This document shows positions 50,570 through 58,602 of a stretch of DNA of 64,000 nt, in pieces (positions within the stretch are counted from its first letter, which is position 1; the number at the start of each line of letters is the position of its first letter). The stretch is from Clostridia bacterium (GTDB lineage: Bacteria > Bacillota > Clostridia > Christensenellales > UBA1242). Made by a program: the position numbers and the translations under genes. The DNA is taken from NCBI GenBank assembly GCA_045655005.1, contig JAZOOJ010000007.1:162170-226169 (forward strand). Direction: 5' to 3'. The notes beneath the pieces were generated by a model. That model was not told the origin of the DNA. It searched no databases and saw nothing but the letters and a program-made list of their open reading frames with translations.

Positions 50570-51805
50570 TTAGTTAATTACAACCTTTAAAAAGGTCTTT
50601 TTGCCTTTCTTAACTATAAATTCCTTGGTTGAATTCAGGTCTAAAACTTCTGTTATATCAGTTTTTTTCTCATTGTTGATTACAATCCCACCTTGTTCAA
50701 TAAGTCTTCTGGCTTCGCTTTTTGATGAAATAATTGATAGTTTAGCCAAGAAATCTAAAATGTTGAGTTTATCTGAGGTTCCAATTTCTTCTGTTGGCAT
50801 ATTTGCACTAGCACCTTGTTTATTTTCGAATAAGTTCTTTGCTATTTCCTGTGCTTTAAGTGCTTCTTCTTCGCCATGCACAAGTTTAGTAACTTCAAAA
50901 GCCATAAGTTTTTTTGCTTTTACAATGTCTTCCTTGCAAATTTGCTTAATTTCTTCAACGTTTATCTTTGTGAAAAATCTTAATAGTCTTTCTACATCTG
51001 CGTCTAAACAATTTACAAAATGTTGGAAAAAATCAAATGAAGATGTTTTTTCTCGTGATACCCATAATGTGCCTTTTTCAGTCTTACCCATTTTAACACC
51101 TTCTGCATTTGTTAAAAGCGGACAAGTTAAACCCATCATTAATTGTCTTTCTTTACCATCTGCAAAGTTCATTTTTCTTGATAAATCAACTCCTGCAACA
51201 ATGTTTCCCCATTGATCAGAGCCACCTATTTGAAGAATACAACCAAAGTTATTGTTTAAATGGATAAAATCAAATGCCTGCATTAACATGTAACCCATTT
51301 CCATAAAGGTTAATCCACCCTTTTCAAGTCTATTCTTGTATAGATCATTTCTTAGCATTTCATTTACATTGAAATGAACGCCAACCTGACGTAAAAAGTC
51401 AATGTATGTTGCTTGTTTTAGCCAATCAGCATTATCTACAACCAATGCTGGATTTTCACCGTCTGTACGGACAAATCTTTTGATTATACTGCTAATTTCC
51501 CTGGCATTTCTTGCAACTTCTTCCTTTGAAAGCATTTTTCTCATATCAGTTTTGTTTGTTGGATCTCCAATAAGAGCTGTTGCGCCACCAACTAGAACAA
51601 TACATTTGTGGCCACAATCTTGTAATATTCTAGCCATTTGAAGTCCAAAAAAGTGTCCAATATGCAAATCATCTGCTGTGGGGTCTATCCCAATGTAAAA
51701 TGTTATAGGTCCCTGTTTTAATAGTTTTTTAGTCTCTTCTAAATGTGTAGTTTGAAATACAAAACCACGATTTTCTAATTGCTCAAAAGCATTATCTTTA
51801 AACAT
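50570..51805 (-). CDS. tyrS: Tyrosyl-tRNA synthetase
   Basis: GIDPTADDLHIGH (HIGH), KMGKT (KMSKS), and a C-terminal S4 domain. Confidence 0.95.
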   Translation of the reverse strand: MFKDNAFEQLENRGFVFQTTHLEETKKLLKQGPITFYIGIDPTADDLHIGHFFGLQMARILQDCGHKCIVLVGGATALIGDPTNKTDMRKMLSKEEVARNAREISSIIKRFVRTDGENPALVVDNADWLKQATYIDFLRQVGVHFNVNEMLRNDLYKNRLEKGGLTFMEMGYMLMQAFDFIHLNNNFGCILQIGGSDQWGNIVAGVDLSRKMNFADGKERQLMMGLTCPLLTNAEGVKMGKTEKGTLWVSREKTSSFDFFQHFVNCLDADVERLLRFFTKINVEEIKQICKEDIVKAKKLMAFEVTKLVHGEEEALKAQEIAKNLFENKQGASANMPTEEIGTSDKLNILDFLAKLSIISSKSEARRLIEQGGIVINNEKKTDITEVLDLNSTKEFIVKKGKKTFLKVVIN

Positions 51806-51919
51806 AATTATTTCTCCTTTTATATTATATCATATTTTATTTATTCTTCCAAATCAATTCTCACTTCGCCCATAAGGGCGTATGTTTTTCTAAACCAATT
51901 CATAATTCCTTTTCCTTTT

Positions 51920-51959
51920 AAAACAAAAAATCTGCCATAAGTTTACACTTGTGACAGAT
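51920..51959 (-). terminator. Second leader hairpin plus U-run upstream of tyrS
   Basis: Minus strand reads ATCTGTCA-CAAGTGTAAACTTA-TGGCAGAT followed by TTTTTTGTTTT. Confidence 0.55.
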
Positions 51960-51969
51960 TTTCCCTTTA

Positions 51970-52008
51970 AAATAAAAACTGCCACATAGCGATATTGCTA
52001 TATGACAG
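51970..52008 (-). terminator. Attenuator terminator in the tyrS leader
   Basis: Minus strand reads CTGTCATATAGC-AATATC-GCTATGTGGCAG (12 bp including 2 G:U pairs) followed by TTTTTATTTT. Confidence 0.7.
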
Positions 52009-52060
52009 ATGTTTTTGATATTCTTAATTATTTGCAACACAAAACTTCTACATATAGCAA

Positions 52061-52108
52061 CTAAATGTAGTAGTAATAATATGAGTTTAAAGCAAATAAA
52101 TTTTTCAT
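52061..52108 (-). CDS. tyrS leader peptide MKNLFALNSYYYYYI
   Basis: AAGGAG RBS 5 nt upstream. ATG AAA AAT TTA TTT GCT TTA AAC TCA TAT TAT TAC TAC TAC ATT TAG, with five consecutive Tyr codons just before the stop. Confidence 0.7.
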   Translation of the reverse strand: MKNLFALNSYYYYYI

Positions 52109-52130
52109 AATATCTCCTTGATATGCAACT

Positions 52131-52159
52131 ATTATAGCCAATTTTGATGTAAAAGTCAA
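52131..52159 (-). promoter_or_regulatory. Sigma-70 promoter of the tyrS leader
   Basis: Minus strand reads TTGACT-17 nt-TATAAT. Confidence 0.65.
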
Positions 52160-52329
52160 TACCTTATTTTTAACTGTATTAACTTCATGTGTTTTTATAC
52201 TATTTTATATAAATGGGACTTTTTGATACTTTTATATATTATAAATAATGTATAATTTCGTGGTTCTACTTAGATGGATCTTGTTCAACCATAAAAATTC
52301 CAAAGTCGAACGGGCTTGGGATTTTTTTA

Positions 52330-52358
52330 TTGACAAATGTATTATTTGCAACTATAAT
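52330..52358 (+). promoter_or_regulatory. Consensus promoter driving the SAM riboswitch
   Basis: TTGACA-17 nt-TATAAT. Confidence 0.65.
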
Positions 52359-52362
52359 ATAC

Positions 52363-52498
52363 TCACCATAAAGAGTGCGTAAGGGACTGCCCCATTGACC
52401 GCACAGCAACCTACACTGAAAGTTTGGTGCAAGGTGCTAAAGGCTGTATGATGGTTTTATATCGATTTTTTAAGGAAACCATCTAACGATGGTTTTTT
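52363..52498 (+). promoter_or_regulatory. SAM-I (S-box) riboswitch with terminator expression platform
   Basis: Conserved S-box blocks are AUAAAGAG, UAAGGGACUGCCCCAUUGA, GCACAGCAACC and AAGGUGCUAAAGGCUG. Terminator is AAACCATC-TAAC-GATGGTTT plus T6. An upstream GATGGTTTT can compete as the anti-terminator. Confidence 0.85.
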
Positions 52499-52542
52499 CA
52501 TTTGTATTCTTTGTGGAATTTAATCATTTTGGGAGAGTTTTT

Positions 52543-52791
52543 ATGAAAGCAACACAAAGAAAACAAATTTTAGTAAGACTTGAGAACAAGAAATCTGGCG
52601 AGAAATTTATTAAATTCCTAGAAGAAAAAGGCTTCTCAAACGTTCAAAATTTAACATTCGACAACCTTAAAGTAAAAGTTTTGGTTGTAGATTCCGATGT
52701 TTTTTTCAGCACAAACGTAACCTGTCTTGCAAGTCTTTCATCTTGCGGAATCACACCTATCAGAATAGAAGAATTTAAGCAAAACTTTTAA
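52543..52791 (+). CDS. Orphan 82-aa protein downstream of the SAM riboswitch
   Basis: ATG lies behind GGGAGAG. MKATQRKQILVRLENKK... has no recognisable motif. A bidirectional terminator follows (about 52822-52855). Confidence 0.55.
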   Translation: MKATQRKQILVRLENKKSGEKFIKFLEEKGFSNVQNLTFDNLKVKVLVVDSDVFFSTNVTCLASLSSCGITPIRIEEFKQNF

Positions 52792-52860
52792 ACTTTTTGT
52801 ATTTAGGTAAAAACGTATTATAAAAACGCAAAGATTTTTTCTTTGCGTTTTGTTTTTTAA

Positions 52861-55800
52861 TTATTCACTTCTAAGTGCAACCACAGGGTCCTTTTTAGAG
52901 GCACTGCGCGATGGAATTAGCCCTGAAATCAGTGTTAAGCCCATACTTATTAATATCAATACAAATGCCGCAGAAAGTGGCAAAAAAGCCTTCAAATTTG
53001 CAAGCCCCGTCAAGGCTTTAAGTATTATATTAATTGGTATGCATAAAAGATATGTCGCAACGACTCCAAACAAGCCCGATGTGAAACCAATTATTAAAGT
53101 TTCGGCATTAAACATTCTTGCAACGTCTTTTTTCGATGCTCCTAATGCCCTTAATATTCCAATCTCTTTTACTCTTTCTTGAACAGAAATTAGGGTTATT
53201 ACACCTATCATAATTGAAGACACTATTAATGAAATTGACACAAAGGCAATCAACACATAAGAAATTGCGTTAATTATTGTTGTAATTGAAGACATCATTA
53301 ATCCCAAATAATCAACATAAGAAATCTTCTTATCTTCCCCAACACCTGAGTTATATTCGTTAATTGCTTCAATAATTAAATCTTTGTCTTCAAATGACGC
53401 AACATAAAGATTAATCGTTCTTGGAGCGTCCAAATTTAAGCAACCAAGTTTAACCAAAACATCTTCGTAGGTATTCTCAGAAAACTCGGTAACATTATCA
53501 TAATATCTTTCAAACTCGGTATCTGTTGCACTACTTAGCAATGTGTTCAGTTCTGTAACTAAACCATCTATATCATCTTTCAACGCAGATTCGTAAGTTT
53601 TACTGATTGTGTCTTTATGGTCCTTAATTACATCTTCTTGACATAATCCAAATGCAATACCCATAATTTGCTCATCGGTCATTTCTTTGAAATAACCCGA
53701 AATAACTATACTATCAACACTCATCTTTTCAGCAATTTCATCGATAATAAACGCTTCTTGAGCTTCTCTTGTAGGATAGTTAGACATTAAATACATTCCT
53801 GTCTTTTGAGCCAATTCTTCTGGCGACAACAAAGATTTAATCGCAATAAAAGTTTCAACTTTCTTTTTGTCGCTTAGATTTTCAACATAAGTTTTAAATG
53901 CTGTTGCTTTTTGTTCAGCAGTCAAAACCCCTGTATTTGATTTAAATGGTTTGCCTGTAAGCAAGTCAACGGTCGTACTTCCCTTTTGAGCCTTAACAGC
54001 ATCACTATTTACAGATTCATTAATTATATATTCAGTCAACTTTGAAGTGTAACCAATTCCAGACGATAAAAGTGTTGCGTCTACATCGTCCTTTGCCCTT
54101 ATTATTCCTGTGATTTTTAACTCTAATGACGCATTATCGTAAATTGTTGATAGCCACATTGGATCAGACTCCGCATAAGTGCTGATGTCTATATATGTCC
54201 CCGTTGCTTCGCTGTACACAAACTTATTTGATGGTAAAATTGTTTTAAATGTTCTTTCTTTGATTTGCTCATACGTCCATCTGTTTGTGTCATACTCAAC
54301 AGTTGTTCCGCTTACCGCAGCGTCAATTATTGCATCAATCTCTTCTTCGTTAATTAAGCCCAATGCATAAAGTGTTAAGTCGTCAAGTTCATTTTTTTCG
54401 TTTACAACTAAAACGATTTCGTTATATGCTTTTGGCCAAGCACCACCATCAATTAATTCATATTGTTCGAAAACTAAATCATTAATGCAAGAACCGTCCA
54501 ATGCTGGTAAAATCTCTTGCCAAATATCCATAGCGAACATTGATGAGCCCATCGATGACATTGATTCACTTGAACTACCTGATTGAGTTGCCCCGCCTTG
54601 CGATTGCATCACTCCCATCATATAGTCGCCTACCATCTTCGACATAAGCTCGCCAGTGTCAGACTTTACAATTGCTCCATCAATGTTTTTGGTATAGATA
54701 TCTAGCTCTAAATCATAAGTATATTGGACTCCTGTAACTGCTTGTTGTAATTTTGATCCTTCTTTTGCCATTTCACTTTCTAAATGGTTTTTAAATGCTG
54801 TTAAGTCATTTTTATTTGTTTGCACCTTACTTAATGCATCAACCATTTCCCCAATTACCGGGTCACGATACACCGCATCTTTTTCGTGATTTAATTCTGA
54901 TGTCCCTACATTCATAAAACTTTGAAGCAATGAAGTCATATCAATTGTTTCTTTTTCAAGTGTTATTGGATATGACGCCAATGTTGACTCTTGGACGTGA
55001 TTAATATAGGTTGTCATACCTTGTGATACAGCAAGAATTAAAGCAATACCAATAATTCCAATACTTCCAGCAAACGACGTTAACAATGTACGGCCCTTTT
55101 TAGTAAATAAATTAGTTAAAGACAACTTAAATGCTGTCCAGAATGACATAGATGTTTTCTTAAAGGCACGATCTTTTTTCTTGCGTTTTGGTTTCTTTGA
55201 AGCAACTTCCTGAACTCCATTTTCACTTTCTTCTTGTTGAATTTCAACAATGTTGTTATCTGAAGCCTCTTGGGTTTCAGATTCTTGAATGTTGCTTTCT
55301 GCCCCATCAAACGGAGTACTGTCATCAATAAGTTCACCATCAAGGAATTTTATTATTCTTGTGCTGTATTCAGCCGCAAGGTCTGGATTATGTGTAACCA
55401 TAATAACAAGCCTGTCTTTTGCGACTTCTTTTAATAGTTCCATTACTTGAACAGAAGTTTTGCTGTCCAATGCCCCTGTTGGTTCATCAGCAAGTACAAC
55501 ATCTGGGTCGTTAACCAAAGCACGAGCAATAGCAACCCTTTGCATTTGTCCACCAGACAATTGATTAGGCTTACTTTTTATTTTGTCGCCAAGACCAACT
55601 TTTTCAAGAGCATCAATTGCACGCCTTTTCCTTTCTTCTTTACTTACGCCCGACAAGGTTAAAGCAATTTCAACGTTTTGCAAAACTGTTTGGTGTGGAA
55701 TTAAATTATATGTCTGAAAAACGAAACCGACAGTATGATTTCGATATGCGTCCCAATCTCTGTCATTGAAATCTTTTGTAGATTTTCCATTGATAACCAA

Positions 55801-55983
55801 ATCACCACTTGTGTACTTATCTAAGCCACCAACAATATTCAAAAATGTAGTTTTACCGCAACCACTAGGTCCCAAAATTGAAACAAACTCATTCTTTCTA
55901 AACTTTAAATTTACACCCTTTAAGGCTTCAACTTTTAGGTCTTTTGTTTCATAAATTTTAACTATATCTTTAAGTTCTAACAT
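52861..55983 (-). CDS. ABC transporter, fused ATPase + MacB/FtsX-type permease with large extracytoplasmic domain
   Basis: GPSGCGKTT Walker A, LSGGQMQRVAIARAL, a C-terminal FtsX-type 4-TM module ending PSRSASKKDPVVALRSE. Confidence 0.85.
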   Translation of the reverse strand: MLELKDIVKIYETKDLKVEALKGVNLKFRKNEFVSILGPSGCGKTTFLNIVGGLDKYTSGDLVINGKSTKDFNDRDWDAYRNHTVGFVFQTYNLIPHQTVLQNVEIALTLSGVSKEERKRRAIDALEKVGLGDKIKSKPNQLSGGQMQRVAIARALVNDPDVVLADEPTGALDSKTSVQVMELLKEVAKDRLVIMVTHNPDLAAEYSTRIIKFLDGELIDDSTPFDGAESNIQESETQEASDNNIVEIQQEESENGVQEVASKKPKRKKKDRAFKKTSMSFWTAFKLSLTNLFTKKGRTLLTSFAGSIGIIGIALILAVSQGMTTYINHVQESTLASYPITLEKETIDMTSLLQSFMNVGTSELNHEKDAVYRDPVIGEMVDALSKVQTNKNDLTAFKNHLESEMAKEGSKLQQAVTGVQYTYDLELDIYTKNIDGAIVKSDTGELMSKMVGDYMMGVMQSQGGATQSGSSSESMSSMGSSMFAMDIWQEILPALDGSCINDLVFEQYELIDGGAWPKAYNEIVLVVNEKNELDDLTLYALGLINEEEIDAIIDAAVSGTTVEYDTNRWTYEQIKERTFKTILPSNKFVYSEATGTYIDISTYAESDPMWLSTIYDNASLELKITGIIRAKDDVDATLLSSGIGYTSKLTEYIINESVNSDAVKAQKGSTTVDLLTGKPFKSNTGVLTAEQKATAFKTYVENLSDKKKVETFIAIKSLLSPEELAQKTGMYLMSNYPTREAQEAFIIDEIAEKMSVDSIVISGYFKEMTDEQIMGIAFGLCQEDVIKDHKDTISKTYESALKDDIDGLVTELNTLLSSATDTEFERYYDNVTEFSENTYEDVLVKLGCLNLDAPRTINLYVASFEDKDLIIEAINEYNSGVGEDKKISYVDYLGLMMSSITTIINAISYVLIAFVSISLIVSSIMIGVITLISVQERVKEIGILRALGASKKDVARMFNAETLIIGFTSGLFGVVATYLLCIPINIILKALTGLANLKAFLPLSAAFVLILISMGLTLISGLIPSRSASKKDPVVALRSE

Positions 55984-56136
55984 TAAAAGTTCTCCCTAGT
56001 TAATAAATATATGCAAATTATATCACTATGTTAATATAAATTCAATTAATATTATGTGAAAATTTTATCATAATTTAAAAAAACGCATTAAAAAAAGACC
56101 TTGTATAATATACAAAGTCTTTATATTTTTGTTTGT

Positions 56137-56391
56137 TTACTCGCATTGTGCTTCAACTGCTGTCATTTGCGAACCAAGAAGTGCTCGTTTCATCTGTACA
56201 AGTTTTTCAATTCTTTTTTGCATTACAGGAATTGACTCTAAGAATCTGCTTACTGAAATAATACCTCTTGAGTCTGTTGTTCCACAAGTTTGTTGAACAA
56301 TTCCAATACTTTTCTCTAATCCTGCTATTTCACTGTTAATTTTCTCAATTTCTTGACGCAATTTTGCTTCTTCTTTGTTAATATTTGACAT
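56137..56391 (-). CDS. Small helical-hairpin/coiled-coil protein (84 aa)
   Basis: ORF behind AGGGGGACA RBS. Last gene of a three-gene cassette. Confidence 0.5.
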   Translation of the reverse strand: MSNINKEEAKLRQEIEKINSEIAGLEKSIGIVQQTCGTTDSRGIISVSRFLESIPVMQKRIEKLVQMKRALLGSQMTAVEAQCE

Positions 56392-56395
56392 TTTC

Positions 56396-56488
56396 TGTCC
56401 CCCTATTTTTAATTCTTAATCTTATTATATTCGTTGTTTTGATAAAAATATATCACTTTTAGCCTTCCGATTCATCGGCTGATTCTTG
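56396..56488. repeat. 93-bp direct repeat, copy 1
   Basis: Identical base-for-base to 57427-57519. Covers the last 9 codons (QESADESEG), the stop, a 57-nt spacer and the RBS of the next gene. Confidence 0.95.
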
Positions 56489-57424
56489 CACGCCATACTC
56501 TTGCGCCCATGCTCTTACTTGATCTGCACGCCTTAAAAGGTCTTTTCCTTCGGCTTCAAGCATTGTTGCGTAAATTTTTGCATATGCACCTTTCAAAAAT
56601 ACTGGCAAACGATTCGCCACATAGTTCAGCCAATCATTTTTATAAGTATAAACATACTCTATTACTTGTTCAGCCCGAGAATCATTATATCCCGTCCATT
56701 GGTGACGATGATAAACAAATTCATATGATTTGGGTTCTATCTCTATAAAGTAAGGGTTTTCACGTTCTGGATAAACGGTACCACTCGGATAATCTATCTC
56801 AAAACCATTTTTATCACGAAGATATCTTCTATACGGATTTACACTACACGAATTATAATGAACTTTATTTTTTTTAATTTCTTCACGAAAACCACTTTGA
56901 ATGTCTGAAAAATTAAAATTCGGAAACATATAAAATGCCGTTCCTTCCGTATCTTTTACAAGTATTCCTTCTCTCTTAAAACATTCAATTTCTGCTGGTG
57001 ATAAACATTCAAATATTTCTGCTTGAAGTTTTGAAAGCCCAACTTCTTTATCGTAATTATAAGCATATTGCAAGTTGTCTTTTGCTTCTTTAAGTCTATT
57101 CTCGGCACTCGACAATTTATATCCAATATCTCTACCTTCGTCATCTCTACATCTGTTATCGTTTTGAATAATACCCCTCTTTCTAACAAGTCTTACAACA
57201 GTATCGGAATCCCCATCCTTCATTGCTTGTGCAATTTGACCATTAAGCGATTCTATGGCTTCTTCCTTTTTCTTTTCTATGGCTTCCTTCTTTGCCTTTA
57301 TTTCATCATATTCCCCTTGGCAAGTTTCAACTTCCTTTTGCATTTTCTCAATATCTTTCATTTTCTCAACCATTCTGCTAACGAAGTATTGGTAATTTAA
57401 AAAACTTTGCAACAAATCTTCCAT
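56459..57424 (-). CDS. Hypothetical protein, coiled-coil N-terminus + Tyr/Trp-rich C-terminal domain (paralog 1)
   Basis: 321-aa ORF with AGGGGGACA RBS. Ends QESADESEG. Confidence 0.55.
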   Translation of the reverse strand: MEDLLQSFLNYQYFVSRMVEKMKDIEKMQKEVETCQGEYDEIKAKKEAIEKKKEEAIESLNGQIAQAMKDGDSDTVVRLVRKRGIIQNDNRCRDDEGRDIGYKLSSAENRLKEAKDNLQYAYNYDKEVGLSKLQAEIFECLSPAEIECFKREGILVKDTEGTAFYMFPNFNFSDIQSGFREEIKKNKVHYNSCSVNPYRRYLRDKNGFEIDYPSGTVYPERENPYFIEIEPKSYEFVYHRHQWTGYNDSRAEQVIEYVYTYKNDWLNYVANRLPVFLKGAYAKIYATMLEAEGKDLLRRADQVRAWAQEYGVQESADESEG

Positions 57425-57426
57425 AT

Positions 57427-57519
57427 TGTCCCCCTATTTTTAATTCTTAATCTTATTATATTCGTTGTTTTGATAAAAATATATCACTTTTAGCCTTCCG
57501 ATTCATCGGCTGATTCTTG
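57427..57519. repeat. 93-bp direct repeat, copy 2
   Basis: Identical to 56396-56488. Confidence 0.95.
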
Positions 57520-58467
57520 TGTACTTCCACCAGATTCTACCCACATTCTCATTACTTTTGCTTTCTTGTCGCATTCTTTTGCTTTTGCAACACACTCTCT
57601 TATCTGTATTTCTAATGCTTTTGCCTCTTCCAAATGATAGTTTGCGTTATCTTCGTAACCACTAGCTAAGGATTTTGCGGCGACTCTTTTAAAGCAGTCT
57701 GGCATATTCTTCCACAAATAGTCAACCCACTCATCTCTCCATTCTTCTATCTCATCATCATGCCACTTTCTAACCTTACCATCATAATAAGGTTTTGACT
57801 GAGAATAGCGAGTTATACTTCCTGGTTTCACCAACACATATGTTCTATACTTTTCCTCACCTCTGTAACCGTCCTCATCATAACTGCTGTATGAATCCTC
57901 TCTTGACCAACACGCACTAACTACTCTTCCGTCTTCTTCAACATATGACAGCTTATCATAATTGTTGTGGCTCTCAAATCCGTAAGGTGCGTGAAATTTA
58001 CCAACCAAGTAATGAAGTGTAAACTTTTCTTTGATTTCATATAAAATCTCGCCACTACAACTCTCAATACTTTCACACTGACTTACCATAGCATCAAATT
58101 CTTGTGGAGTGAGAATACTCTGAATAGCTTGCTGAGCCTCTAAAATCCTTCGAACACCATAACGCTCGTATGATGCGTTTTCATTATAAAGAGATTGACG
58201 TTCATCTACTTCCTTTTGATAAAGATTTAATTTATTATTTAAGTCTTTTATTTGCGAAGTAAGTTTGGTAATACTTTCCAACTCCCGATTATCAAGTGCT
58301 TTTTGAAGTTCTGCTTCAAGAATTCTTAATTTAGGTTCAATTGTCTGTTTTGCTTCTTCAAGTCCTCTTTGCCTCTTCCTAAGATAATAAGCATAGTCCC
58401 AATAGCCTTGCTTCCAATTATCAAAAGCAATTTGATATTGCTGTATTGCAAAAAATAAGTTTAACAT
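57490..58467 (-). CDS. Hypothetical protein, coiled-coil N-terminus + Tyr/Trp-rich C-terminal domain (paralog 2)
   Basis: Start set at MLNLFF, behind the same AGGGGGACA RBS used by the other two genes. Ends QESADESEG. Confidence 0.55.
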   Translation of the reverse strand: MLNLFFAIQQYQIAFDNWKQGYWDYAYYLRKRQRGLEEAKQTIEPKLRILEAELQKALDNRELESITKLTSQIKDLNNKLNLYQKEVDERQSLYNENASYERYGVRRILEAQQAIQSILTPQEFDAMVSQCESIESCSGEILYEIKEKFTLHYLVGKFHAPYGFESHNNYDKLSYVEEDGRVVSACWSREDSYSSYDEDGYRGEEKYRTYVLVKPGSITRYSQSKPYYDGKVRKWHDDEIEEWRDEWVDYLWKNMPDCFKRVAAKSLASGYEDNANYHLEEAKALEIQIRECVAKAKECDKKAKVMRMWVESGGSTQESADESEG

Positions 58468-58602
58468 AATTTGTCCCCCTATTAAATTTTCTACCATTAT
58501 TAAACCACAAAATTTGTATTTGTCAATAGTTTTAATAAATTTTGTTTTGAGTTTAAAGCATTTATGTTATAATATAACTATAACTTGAAAAGGAGAACAT
58601 TT

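Noticed and set aside
50601-51215. 204-aa ORF antisense to tyrS, and similar long antisense ORFs (2049-2411 vs smpB, 22917-23303 vs uppP, 35937-36332 and 36373-36738 vs uvrA, 52850-53182 vs the ABC gene, 57068-57400)
   Set aside because: Each lies fully inside a well-supported gene on the opposite strand. Their Ser/Leu/Phe-rich composition is typical of AT-rich antisense frames.
51806-52160. Expected T-box riboswitch upstream of tyrS
   Set aside because: I read the leader on the coding strand and found no AGGGUGGNACCGCG-like T-box core or specifier-loop architecture. A leader-peptide attenuator fits instead. This still needs a covariance-model check.
56396-57519. The 93-bp repeats as a possible CRISPR array or mobile-element ends
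   Set aside because: There are only two copies about 1 kb apart, in direct orientation, and each spans a gene 3' end plus the next RBS. No cas or transposase genes are present. I interpreted this as a paralog junction.
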